Shown piece by piece: positions 31,593 through 44,346 of a stretch of 64,000 nucleotides of DNA (position 1 is its first letter; the number at the start of each line of letters is the position of its first letter). The position numbers were made by a program, and so were the translations under genes. Source of the DNA: an uncultured Gemmatimonadales bacterium (GTDB lineage Bacteria; Gemmatimonadota; Gemmatimonadetes; Gemmatimonadales; GWC2-71-9); NCBI GenBank assembly GCA_963739455.1, contig CAVUAK010000001.1, forward strand, positions 1,792,001 to 1,856,000, read 5' to 3'. The notes below the pieces were generated by a model. That model saw only the letters and a program-made list of their open reading frames with translations. It made no database searches and was not told the DNA's origin.

Positions 31593-32435
31593 GCGCTCCG
31601 GGGATCGAGGGCCTCGCGCAGCGCGTCGCCGACCAGGTTCACGGACAGCACGGTCAGCACGATGACCAGGCCGGGAAAGATGCTCGTCCACGGCGCCGTG
31701 ACGAAGACGGCGCGGCTGTCGAGGACCATCCCGCCGAGCGACGGCGTCGGTGGACGGATGCCGAGGCCAAGATACGTGAGGCCGGCTTCCAGCAGGATGA
31801 CGTCACCCACGCCGAGTGTGCCGGCCACGAGGATCGGCGCCGCGACATTCGGCAGCAGGTGACGAAGCGCGATCCGGAGCCTGCCGGCGCCGAGCGCCTC
31901 GGCCGCGCGCACGAAGTCCTCGCCCCTGAGGCGAACGGTCTCGGCGCGCACGAGCCGGCTCGTCCCGTACCATCCGGTCAGTGCCAGCAGCAGCACGAGC
32001 GCGGGCAGCGGCACTCGATCCCAGACGGCGAGCACGAGGAGCAGGACGAAGAGCCGGGGTATCGCCAGCAGGGCATCGACCGTCCGCATCAGCAAGGTGT
32101 CCACCAGGCCCGCGCGCGTCCCGGCGATGAGCCCCACCGCGGCACCGAGTAGCACCGCAAGGAACGCCGAGACGAGCCCGATGACGAGGGAAAGCCTCAG
32201 CCCGTTCACGATACGGGAGAGCACGTCACGGCTCAGCTGGTCGGTGCCCAGCAGGTGGCCCGCTCCCGGTGGACAGGAGCGACTCGGTGAGCAGGTCGCC
32301 TTGCACGGTGGGGCTCGGGAGCACGAAAGGCCCGATCAGGGCGATGAGCGCCAGGAGCACAAGCGCAACGATGCCCGCGCGTCCGCCCGGGCGGCTCCAG
32401 ACCGCCTGCAGCAGGGCGACTGGTCGCGAGGTCAC
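31589..32435 (-). CDS. Oligopeptide ABC permease (OppC/DppC-like), frameshift near 32270
   Basis: [42 protein letters not shown]. Confidence 0.9.
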
Positions 32436-33399
32436 TCGACGCGCGCTCGCGGATCGAGCAGGCAATGGAGCACGTCACTGACGAAGCTGCCGGTCACCAC
32501 CGCGCGGTCGCCACGACGGCAGTGCCCATGAGCAGGGGATAGTCCCGCGCGGCCGCCGCACCGGCGGTGAGGCTGCCGATGCCCCTGCCACGCAAAGACC
32601 TGTTCCACGAAGACGGCGCCCACCACGAGAATCGGGAGCCAGAGCCCGAACAGGGTCAGCACGGAGGGCAGTGCCGATCGCCAGGCGTGTCCCCACGTGA
32701 CGCGGCGATCGGTGAGCCCGCGCGCGCGCGCGGCGGCGACAAATGGCTGCCGCAGCGCTTCCAGCATTGCGGCGCGCTGGTAGCGCATGCTCGAGGCGAT
32801 GCTGACCGCGGCCAGCGTGAGCGCGGGAAGGATGAGGTGTCGCAGCCGGTCGAGAGACGACGACAGCACCGCCAGCTCCCTCGAGGCCGGGATCCTGTGA
32901 GCCAGCGGCGGGCAGCCAGTGCAGCCGGACCGCAAAGGTCAGCACCAGCATGAGGCCGAGCCAGAAGGACGGCATGGCATAGCCGGTCAGCGACAGCGTC
33001 GTGAGGATCCGGTCGAGCGGCCGACCACGATGCAGGGCCTGCTGCACGCCCAGCCAGAGTCCCAGCGTGAAGTTGATGAGCAGGACCGTGGCGCCGAGCA
33101 GCAGCGTGCGCGGAAGGCGTTCGAGGACGAGCTGCGTTACCGGCCTGCCGTACTGGATGGAGGTCCCGAAATCGCCCCGCAGCGCGCCGCCCATGAAGGC
33201 GGTGAACTGGCTGCCGATCGGCTGGTCGAGCTGGTAGCGGCGTTGCAGGTCGCGCACCTGCGCGCTGGTGAGCGGGCCGGTCTTCGGTCAGGACCGCGAG
33301 CGGGTCGCCGGGCAGGCTGCGAATGAGGAAAAAGAGCAGCGTGAGCGCAACGAGGGCGGTGACCACCGCCTGAAGCGCCCGACGCGCGAGCCAGTTCAC
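32432..33399 (-). CDS. Oligopeptide ABC permease (OppB/DppB-like), several frameshifts
   Basis: LPGDP, GDFGTS, MPSFWLG, HLILPALTL, ARARGL, LLDPR across frames. Confidence 0.85.
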
Positions 33400-35018
33400 C
33401 TCAGTGGCTCGCGCCGGCCAGCGTCCATGTCCAGACCATGAGCCAGGGCGACTCCACCTGGAAGTTCACGTTGCCGTACACGTTCGGCATGGCGAACTAC
33501 GCGGTCCGGGGAAAACACGAAGACCGCGGGGAAGTCGTTGGCCACCGTGCTGGAGCCAGGCGCGGATGGGCGGCGCTGGATCGCGCAGGGTGAGGTGTGC
33601 GGCCCGCAGGAGCGAGTCGGCAGTCGCGTTGCAATAGTGGCCATAGTTGCCGTCAGCGCCGCAGCCCCAGCGATCGATCAGGCTCCAGGGCGATGGCTCG
33701 ATCGCGACATTCTCCATGACGACGTCGAAGTCCCGAGTCGCCGGCGTACCGCAACACTGTGAACGTTCCAGCGTCTCGATGTCCACCTTCACGCCAAGCT
33801 TCCGCCATTGCTCCTGGACGATGAGGGCCATCTGCACCCGCGCGACGCTCGAGGTCGCGAACCAGCAGCGAGAACGCCAGCGGAACTCCGTTACGATCCA
33901 GCACACCGTCGCCATCACTGTCGCGTCCATCCGCGCGCGGCCAGGAGGCGAGCCGCCTCCTTGGGATCGAACCGCGCCTGCGATGGGGCGAGGCCGCTGA
34001 ACCAGGCGGCAGAGCCGGCCGGCGTGGAGACCAGCGGGGCGTACTTCCCGAACAGGGCCTGGGCTATCGTGGCGCGATCGAGTCCGATGGTGAGCGCGTG
34101 GCGCACCTGCTGGTCCGCAAAGAGGGGATGCGGGCGACTCGTGTCGGCGGGGGCACGCTCGTTGAAGAGCAGGTAGTTCACTGCCATGGACGGAATGTGC
34201 GCGACGCGAAGCGAAGGCCGCTCCCTGAGGCGCGACAGGTTGCTCAGCGGGGGAATGATGTCCTCCTGCACGTCGGCCTCTCCGCTCAGCAGCAGGTTGA
34301 GCCGGGCGTCCTGCGAGCCGGTGACGCGCCAGACGATCTGCTCGATGGCCGGCGTCCCCAGGAAGAAATCAGGCACCGAACGAAGTAGGAGATACTGGGA
34401 CGGCTCGAGCTTCTCCCATCGATAGGGTCCGCTGCCCACGGGTGCCCGGGCAAAGGCACTGGTGCCCAGGCTGTCGGCCGGGATGGCCGCCACGAGATGC
34501 TCAGGGAGGATGTGCACATGATAGGTGGCATCGTACAACTGCTCGCCGTACGCCCGTGCAAACCGGAAGATCACGCGACCGTCGCCGTCACCCGTTACCG
34601 AAGCGATCTCGCTCAGGAGCGGCGCAACCATGGGCGCCAGCTTGGGGTTGCGCGCGCGGTTGAAGCTGAAGACGACGTCGCGTGACGTGACCGGTGTGCC
34701 ATCGTGCCAGCGGGCCCGCGGATCGAGTTCGAAAACCAGCGTCAGCGAGTCGCTCCGGGTCCAGCTCTTCGCCAGCCCCGGAAGTGCGGCGCGATCGCCG
34801 AACGATGTGCCGCCGTAGCGCCCGAGCCGGAGGAACAGGATGTCACTGACCTGGTTCTCCGCGCTGGACCGGCTGATGCCCGGCACCGCCTGCGTGATTT
34901 CCTCGCCAATGGCTATGACCAGGCGGCGAGGTCCGGCGGGCGCCGACTGGGCTGGCAACCGAAGGGCGATGCCGGCCAGCAGGAGTGGAAGGAGGCGTCC
35001 GCAACGACGGAGCATCAA
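33396..35018 (-). CDS. Peptide ABC transporter substrate-binding protein (family 5), 3' half frameshifted
   Basis: WHDGTPVTSRDVVFSF, PVGSGPY, VRHALTIGLDR, QEQWRKLGVKV. Confidence 0.85.
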
Positions 35019-35112
35019 GCCTCGTGCTGAATGGTGGATATGCCGGCGTGGTGAGTTCAGGTGCCGAGCGGACCTTGGAATAATACGACAACGGCTTGGG
35101 CGAGGGCAGCGC

Positions 35113-35878
35113 TCAGCGCTGCCAGGTCCACGCGGGATCGCGGAACCGCGACGCCCGGCCCTTCAAGTCGGCGAGGAGGTGTGCTTCACCCTCGAAGGGA
35201 GCCCATGCGCCCCACGATGTCGCGGCTTCGCGGATGCTCTGCGCCACTTCTTCCCACCCTGCCTGGCGACCGAGGATCCGGGACAAGGGCTGGACATCGG
35301 GTGTCTCCGCCGGGCCTGTCGTGACATCGCGTACGAGCGACTGATCATCGTCCAGCAGCACCGAGCCATGCTGCAGCAGCACGCCCTCGCTGCGCAGCTG
35401 CGCGCTGCCCACCACCTTGCTTGCGTCCCGCACGACCTCACCGCCGGCCGCTGCCGCGAAGCATGCCCCGGCCCCGACGGGAAGGATGCGGCGCTCAGCG
35501 GCCAGTTCGACTGGGGCGCCCAGGGCCCGCAACGCCGATGCAATGGTGTGGTGGATGGTGTGGTAGGCGCTCCGCAGCGATCCCATCACCGATTCGGGGG
35601 CGGCCACGGCGTAGGTAAGCTCTCCAGCATGCCACACCGCGCGCCCGCCGGTTGGCCGGCGCACGGTGTCGATACCCAGGTCGGCAATGCGCTCGCGATC
35701 GTAGCGCTTGAGCGCGGGCTCGTGCCTCCCGAACGAGAGGCACGAGGGATCCCAGCGGTAGAAGCGGAGGTAGCCGCTCCCCGATTGCATGGCCAGCGCA
35801 TGGAGACCCATGTCGAGCGACATGTTCTGCCATCCCGGGCGCGGGGTGCGATCGAGCCATAGCTGCCAGGAAATGGCG

Positions 35879-35892
<14 letters not shown>
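35113..35892 (-). CDS. Lipoate-protein ligase / octanoyltransferase (LipM-like)
   Basis: [35 protein letters not shown]; adjacent to gcvP/gcvH. Start uncertain. Confidence 0.88.
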
Positions 35893-38827
<2,935 letters not shown>

Positions 38828-38868
38828 ACTTTGGGATAGCTCCAGCTCGTGAAAAAAGGCACAAGGTC

Positions 38869-38905
38869 AAACGAAATGCGCTCCGGACAGGATGCCCGGA
38901 GCGCA
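38869..38905 (-). terminator. Intrinsic terminator-like hairpin between gcvH and gcvP
   Basis: 10-bp stem TGCGCTCCGG/CCGGAGCGCA followed on the minus strand by TTTCGTTT. Confidence 0.6.
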
Positions 38906-38929
38906 GGTAGTGATGGCACACGAGAAAAC

Positions 38930-39316
38930 CTACTCGCCGATCTGAGCCTTGTAGGCCTCAGGGGTCAGCAGTGTGGTCAGGCTGTCGGGGTCCTTGATCC
39001 GGAGTCTGATCATCCAGCCGGTGTCGTACGGATCACGATTGATGAGGCCAGGGTCGGCATCGAGCGCACCGTTGATCTCGGCCACCTCGCCCGCCAGCGG
39101 GGAGAACAGGTCGGAAACCGCCTTGACCGCCTCAACCACGCCGAACACGCCGTGTTCCTCGAAACTGTCCCCAACTTTGGGCAGGTTTACGAACACGATG
39201 TCGCCGAGCTCGCCCTGGGCATAGTCGGTAACACCGATCTGGACGAGTCCCTTGCCCAGCATCTTCACGTATTCGTGATCGGCGGTGTAACGCAGGTCGG
39301 CGGGAATGTTCGACAT
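38930..39316 (-). CDS. gcvH: Glycine cleavage system H protein
   Basis: YTADHEY, GVTDYAQGELGDIVFV, VEAVKAVSD (lipoyl Lys), INRDPY. Confidence 0.97.
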   Translation of the reverse strand: MSNIPADLRYTADHEYVKMLGKGLVQIGVTDYAQGELGDIVFVNLPKVGDSFEEHGVFGVVEAVKAVSDLFSPLAGEVAEINGALDADPGLINRDPYDTGWMIRLRIKDPDSLTTLLTPEAYKAQIGE

Positions 39317-39371
39317 GAATGCTCCAGAAGGAGGCGATCGGGGGCAAGGATACCGGATGCCGCGGGGTGGG

Positions 39372-39977
39372 TCAAGGAACCGCGCGCGCTTCCAGTGCAG
39401 ACCAGATTTCGGCCGTCCGGGCTTCGAGGGAAGCCACGTCGCGGTCGTTGTCGATGACGTAGTCGGCGCGAGGTCGCTTCACGGCGGCCGGCAGTTGCGC
39501 GGCCATCAGCCGGTCGGATTCATGGCGCGGCAGCCCGCTTCGCTCGAACAGCCGTTGGCGGCGCAGGTCGTCAGGCGCGTCAACCAGTATCACCACGTCG
39601 AACGAGTCGGGGTCGGCCACCTCGAACAGCAGCGGGATGTCGGTGACGACCACCTGCGCGCCCGCGTCCCGCGCTGCGGCCACGCGCGCGGTGCGCAACT
39701 TGTTCACGGCGGGGTGCACGATCGCGTTCAGGTCCTTGAGCGCCTCGGCCGATGCGAGCACCATGGCGCGCAGCTGACCCCGGTCGAGCGTGCCGTCGGG
39801 GCGGAGGACACCCGGGCCGAAGCGGCGAACGATGGCGGAGAGCACCGGGCTGCCTGGCGACTGCACCTCGCGCACGAGCTGGTCGGCGTCGATGACGACA
39901 GCGCCCCAGCGGCGGAAGAGATTCGCCACGGTGGACTTGCCGGAGGCGACGTTGCCGGTCAAGGCGACGTTTAGCAA
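39372..39977 (-). CDS. coaE: Dephospho-CoA kinase
   Basis: VALTGNVASGKST, IDAD, LNAIVHP, DIPLLFE, ADYVIDN; TTG start at 39977. Confidence 0.95.
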   Translation of the reverse strand: MLNVALTGNVASGKSTVANLFRRWGAVVIDADQLVREVQSPGSPVLSAIVRRFGPGVLRPDGTLDRGQLRAMVLASAEALKDLNAIVHPAVNKLRTARVAAARDAGAQVVVTDIPLLFEVADPDSFDVVILVDAPDDLRRQRLFERSGLPRHESDRLMAAQLPAAVKRPRADYVIDNDRDVASLEARTAEIWSALEARAVP

Positions 39978-40013
39978 GGCGTGAAGACTTGAGGACTTGA
40001 TGGCGTGAAGACG
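39976..40013. repeat. Degenerate 8-mer tandem array (left arm)
   Basis: AAGGCGTG AAGACTTG AGGACTTG ATGGCGTG AAGACG. Confidence 0.8.
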
Positions 40014-40071
40014 ACACACCCTGGGGCCGAATGGTGACTAGTTCCGGCCTGCCCGGCAACAAATTCTTCCA

Positions 40072-40458
40072 ATGACTGCTGCATCATCCCCCCGGTTTGA
40101 GAAGCTGGAAGCCTGGAAGGCCTCTCACCAGCTCACGCTCTGCGTGTATCAAGCTACCAAGTTGATGCCGCCGAGCGAACGCTTCGGACTGACCGCGCAG
40201 ATGCGTCGGGCTGCTATCTCGATCGCTTCCAATATTGTCGAAGGTTCAATGCGACATGGCAAGCAGGAGTATCGCCGATTCGTGGGCATGGCGGCCAGCT
40301 CCTTCAATGAACTGCGGTATCAGATTCGGTTGTGCGAGGAGCTGGGGTATTTACCGGCGGAGAGCATCGAGGAATTGAGACATGCTGTCGACCACGCCGG
40401 CCGCCTGGTGTGGGGACTCTACCGGGGTCTGGGCGGGGTGGTAGCGTCCAAGTCGTAG
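40072..40458 (+). CDS. Four helix bundle protein (23S rRNA IVP / Avd-like family)
   Basis: FEKLEAWKAS, PPSERFGLTAQMRRAAISIASNIVEG, SSFNELRYQ, ELGYL. Confidence 0.92.
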   Translation: MTAASSPRFEKLEAWKASHQLTLCVYQATKLMPPSERFGLTAQMRRAAISIASNIVEGSMRHGKQEYRRFVGMAASSFNELRYQIRLCEELGYLPAESIEELRHAVDHAGRLVWGLYRGLGGVVASKS

Positions 40459-40472
40459 CCCCGCAGTTACCT

Positions 40473-40504
40473 CAAGCCTTCAAGCCCTCAAGCCTTCAAG
40501 TCCT
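40473..40504. repeat. Degenerate 8-mer tandem array (right arm, inverted relative to the left arm)
   Basis: CAAGCCTT CAAGCCCT CAAGCCTT CAAGTCCT; reverse complement AGGACTTG AAGGCTTG AGGGCTTG AAGGCTTG. Confidence 0.85.
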
Positions 40505-41108
40505 AAAGCAGTGCTGTTTGATCCTCATCCGCCCTCGGCACCCGGTGACAATGCCGACAGCGCGCCTCGTACGATTCGCGCCCGCCCACCATGATCGTCG
40601 GCGAATCCCATCGTGCGGGACGCCCATCCACCAGCCGCTGGTTTCGGCACGCCTCGCCACCGCACACCATGCAGATCGCGCGGAGCTTGTCCACCAGCTC
40701 GGCCACGGCCATCAGGTCACCCATGGCACCGAACGGCTCGCCCCGGAAGTCGGTGTCGGTGCCCGCGAGGATCACGCGGATGCCCCGCTGGGCCAGGACG
40801 GTCGTCACCGCGACGATATCACGATCGAGAAACTGGGCCTCGTCGATCGCCACGATTTCCGTGGCCGGTCGGACCTGTCGCAGGATCTCATCCGAGGAAT
40901 CGATGGGGATCGCCTCGAGCTCGGTGCCGTCGTGGCTGGTGACGTTGTAGACGCCGGCGTATCGGCTGTCGAGATGGGACTTGAAGACCTGGACACTGCG
41001 GCGGGCAATGATGGCTCGACGGACCCGGCGGATGAGCTCCTCGCTCTTGCCGCTGAACATGACACCCGAGACGACCTCGAGCCATCCGGTGCGCGACCCC
41101 TGATACAT
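40503..41108 (-). CDS. tdk: Thymidine kinase
   Basis: [43 protein letters not shown] before ATG 41108. Confidence 0.97.
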   Translation of the reverse strand: MYQGSRTGWLEVVSGVMFSGKSEELIRRVRRAIIARRSVQVFKSHLDSRYAGVYNVTSHDGTELEAIPIDSSDEILRQVRPATEIVAIDEAQFLDRDIVAVTTVLAQRGIRVILAGTDTDFRGEPFGAMGDLMAVAELVDKLRAICMVCGGEACRNQRLVDGRPARWDSPTIMVGGRESYEARCRHCHRVPRADEDQTALL

Positions 41109-41239
41109 CGACGAGTCTCCAGCAACGGCGAACGGGGACGGACGACCGGCGAGCGGTGGGCCGCCAAATGTACGGGCCGGGGACGCATCACCGCCAGCGG
41201 TGCTTGCGTGACGGGGATAGTCGCAGCTATCGTCGCCCG

Positions 41240-41533
41240 GTGACCAAGCAACAATTGATTGTGGCACTCGCGCAGCGCCTCGACGTTTCCAAGGTCCGTG
41301 CGTCTGAAATCGTGGATGCGCTCTTCGCCAGCGACGGACTGATTGCGTCCGAGCTTCGGAAGAGCGGCCGGGTTCAGATCACGGGGTTCGGCAACTTCGA
41401 GGTGCGCCGTCGCGCCGGTCGCTCCATGCGAAATCCGCGCACCGGCAAGACCATCTCGCTTCCCGCGTCCTCCATGCCGGCCTTCAAGGCCGGCAAGCGC
41501 CTCAAGGACGCGGTCGTCCGGCGCCGCTCCTAG
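41240..41533 (+). CDS. hup: HU family DNA-binding protein
   Basis: [35 protein letters not shown]. Confidence 0.93.
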   Translation: MTKQQLIVALAQRLDVSKVRASEIVDALFASDGLIASELRKSGRVQITGFGNFEVRRRAGRSMRNPRTGKTISLPASSMPAFKAGKRLKDAVVRRRS

Positions 41534-42980
41534 GCTTGCGGTCGGTGCTGGCGCCGGGCACCCGGTCGAGCCGCGCCGTTACCCGCACCTTTCGGATCAT
41601 CTTTCCGCTCAGCGCCTGGGCAATCCGGTCTGCATCTCCCGCCGGCAGTTCAATCAGGCAGAAGCCATCTCGCAGTTCTACCCTCCCGATCGCCGTCCGC
41701 TCTACCCGCAGCTCCTTCGTCAGCGCGCCGACGAGGTCGGCCGGCGTCACCCCGTCCTTCTTGCCGATCGACACCCACACCTTTGCAATGGCGGGTGGCA
41801 ACGGTGCGGATGGCGCAGCAATCGCTTCCTCTTGCCGCCTTGCCGCCTTACTGCCTTGCCGCTCCTCCCCCTTCCACAACGCGTAGAGTGCCGCCGCGAC
41901 CCGCGTCGGGTCATGCCGCTCGAACAGGGGCGCCAGCGCCAGGAGCCCCGCCGCGCCGTCGCCGGACTCGAGCTCGGTGCGAATGCGCGCCCGGTCAGAG
42001 GCGGAGATGGCAGCGTGCTCTTCCAGCAGGCCGGGCAGGCGAAGGGGCCGCGTCGGTCGGGCAATGCCAGCCACGTACGACTCGGTGCCCGGAGGAACGA
42101 GGAGTACGGTGTCGCCGGCCTGGACCAGTTGTGCCAGGCGTTCGTGCGACGGCAGGTCGAACGCAATGATCAGGCTGGACTTGGGGGCATCGCCAGTGAC
42201 GAGGCGGATGGACTCGCCATCGATCGGGATGGCCCGCGCGATGTCGGCGGCGGCACTCCGGTCGTGAGCCCAGACGGTGACGGTGGCGGGATCGAGTAGT
42301 TGCAGCAGCTCGCCCAGGGCCGCCGCGCGACGGGACCAGGCCACACTCACAGTCCGGACGGGACCGACTGGCGCGATGGGCGGCGCTTCGGCGGGCGGCG
42401 TGCCCAGGACGAGGGCCTTTCGCGCGTACCGCTCGACCAGGTCTGCGGCGGCGCCGGGATCAGCGGTGAGGATGACGCGCTGGGCCTCGAGGGGCAGGTC
42501 CTGCATCAATGGAGATACGGCGGAATGATCGGCCCACGCCTCGGGCTGTGCGAGCACGATGACGCCGAGCCCTTCCGCCTTGAGGGCGGAACTGGTCATG
42601 AGTTCCTGGATGACCGAAGGGGAGGCCACGAGGAGGTCGAGGGAGCCGCTGCGGAGTTCGCGGAGCGCGCGAGGCGAGGCGAGTGCGGCGCCCACCTTGA
42701 GTCCGGTGCCGGCAGCTACCCCGAAGACGACGCCGGCCCACTCGGCCAGCATGCCCGGCGGCACCACCATCAGGCCCCGCACTCCTCCCCCGAGCCGACC
42801 CAGGACGGCCCCGATGAGGGGGGCCGCGGCGGCAGGCGACGGGGGCAGGACGGCGACCAGGTTGTGGCCCCGGGCCACTGTTGGTATCGCGTCCCTCAGG
42901 AGGGGATCGGACGCTTGCCAATCCCACGACTCAAGGGTGCGCGCCACGGGCGCGCTCAGGTGCTGCTCTAGCTCCGGCAC
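41502..42980 (-). CDS. Degenerate DEAD-box-like protein with C-terminal DbpA RNA-binding domain
   Basis: C-terminal VWVSIGKKDGVTPADLVGAL...IGRVELRDGFCLIE is DbpA-RBD-like. The N-terminus has helicase-like spacing (RDAIPTVARGHNL, DLLVASP) but no GKT or DEAD. GAGGAG precedes GTG 42980. Confidence 0.75.
   Translation of the reverse strand: MPELEQHLSAPVARTLESWDWQASDPLLRDAIPTVARGHNLVAVLPPSPAAAAPLIGAVLGRLGGGVRGLMVVPPGMLAEWAGVVFGVAAGTGLKVGAALASPRALRELRSGSLDLLVASPSVIQELMTSSALKAEGLGVIVLAQPEAWADHSAVSPLMQDLPLEAQRVILTADPGAAADLVERYARKALVLGTPPAEAPPIAPVGPVRTVSVAWSRRAAALGELLQLLDPATVTVWAHDRSAAADIARAIPIDGESIRLVTGDAPKSSLIIAFDLPSHERLAQLVQAGDTVLLVPPGTESYVAGIARPTRPLRLPGLLEEHAAISASDRARIRTELESGDGAAGLLALAPLFERHDPTRVAAALYALWKGEERQGSKAARRQEEAIAAPSAPLPPAIAKVWVSIGKKDGVTPADLVGALTKELRVERTAIGRVELRDGFCLIELPAGDADRIAQALSGKMIRKVRVTARLDRVPGASTDRKPRSGAGRPRP
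41831..41862. repeat. (CTTGCCGC)-type 8-mer x4 within a CDS
   Basis: CTTGCCGC CTTGCCGC CTTACTGC CTTGCCGC. Confidence 0.8.
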
Positions 42981-43140
42981 AGGCTCCTCGATTCTCAAAT
43001 AGCGGTCGCGACTGTCGCGGCGAACGAAGCTAGCCCGGCCAGGGGCACGGGCCAAGGGCAATTGGCGTTGACAGGGAGCACGCCCGGAACGAACCTTCCC
43101 GGTCCGCGTCGCCGTCCTTCGCCCTCACTCTGGACCGTCC

Positions 43141-44346
43141 ATGCCCGACCCGCTTTCGATCAACCTGGCGCACCTGAAGGCGTCTGAAACCGTCGCGATC
43201 AGCAATGAGACCAAGCGACGGAAGGCGGCCGGGGAGGACGTCTATGACCTGAGCGTCGGTGAGCCCGACTTCGACACGCCGGCGCCCATTCGCCAGGCCG
43301 CCATCGAGGCCATCAACAAGGGCATGACGCGGTACCCGCCCAACATCGGCCTGCCGGAGTTGCGCACGGCGATCGCGCGGACGCTGTCACTCATGTCGGG
43401 CGGCCGGGCGGTCAATCCTGATCACATCGTGGTGAGCTCGGGGTCAAAGCAGTCCCTGTTCAATACCTGCTTCACGCTCTTCGGCCCCGGCCAGCGGGTG
43501 CTCATTCCGGGCCCGGCGTGGGTGTCATATCCCCAGATTGTGCATCTGGCACGCGCGGAACCGGTCCTTGTGCCCGGGGACATTGAATGGGGCATGAAGG
43601 TGAGCGTCCGTGATCTCGATGCCGCCTACAGCAAGTCGGTGAAGGGCCTCATCCTCTGCTCGCCCTGCAACCCGACCGGCGCGGTCTACACGCTGGCCGA
43701 ACTCAAGGCGATCGCCGAGTGGGCCCACAAGCACCAGGTGTGGATCATCTCCGACGAGATCTACCGGACGATCAACTATGGCCCGGGGCCGGCAGCTTCG
43801 ATGCTCGACCTGCCCGATGAGCTGCTCGAGCGCACCGTGCTCATCTACGGTGTCTCCAAGGCTTACGCCATGACGGGCTGGCGCATTGGCTCGGCGCTGG
43901 CGCCACCGCACGTGGCGAAGGCGATGGCAGCACTGCAGTCGCACACCACCACCGGTGCCAACCATCCGGCGCAATGGGCGTCGGTTGCGGCGTTCAACGA
44001 TGAGCGAGTGGCCCAGGACGTGACGAAGATGGTGGCGGCCTTCCGGCGCCGGCGGGACCTGCTGGTGAGCCGCTTCCGCAGCGAGGTGCCCGGGGTGGAG
44101 TTCGTCGAGCCGCACGGGGCGTTCTACTTCTTCTTCCGGGTCGATGGCATCCGTGACGGGGCGACCGGTTCGAAGTTCTGCGAGGAGCTCATGCAGCGGG
44201 AGGGCGTAGCACTCGTGCCCGGGGCCGCGTTCGGCGACGACCGCTGGGTCCGCATGAGCTACGCGGTGTCCGACAAGGAGCTCGAGGCGGCGATCGACCG
44301 CATCATCCGGGTCATCCGGACCATGGGAGCGGCCCGTGCCGCCTGA
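43141..44346 (+). CDS. PLP-dependent aminotransferase class I/II (aspartate aminotransferase-like)
   Basis: GEPDF, SPCNPTG, SDEIY, SKAYAMTGWRIG, VPGAAFG. Confidence 0.95.
   Translation: MPDPLSINLAHLKASETVAISNETKRRKAAGEDVYDLSVGEPDFDTPAPIRQAAIEAINKGMTRYPPNIGLPELRTAIARTLSLMSGGRAVNPDHIVVSSGSKQSLFNTCFTLFGPGQRVLIPGPAWVSYPQIVHLARAEPVLVPGDIEWGMKVSVRDLDAAYSKSVKGLILCSPCNPTGAVYTLAELKAIAEWAHKHQVWIISDEIYRTINYGPGPAASMLDLPDELLERTVLIYGVSKAYAMTGWRIGSALAPPHVAKAMAALQSHTTTGANHPAQWASVAAFNDERVAQDVTKMVAAFRRRRDLLVSRFRSEVPGVEFVEPHGAFYFFFRVDGIRDGATGSKFCEELMQREGVALVPGAAFGDDRWVRMSYAVSDKELEAAIDRIIRVIRTMGAARAA

Noticed and set aside
38828..39371. Glycine riboswitch near the gcv genes
   Set aside because: The intergenic spaces are short and I could not find glycine aptamer motifs.
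40072..40458. Diversity-generating retroelement (Avd-like gene)
   Set aside because: No reverse transcriptase and no TR/VR repeat pair seen in the window; no rRNA around it either.
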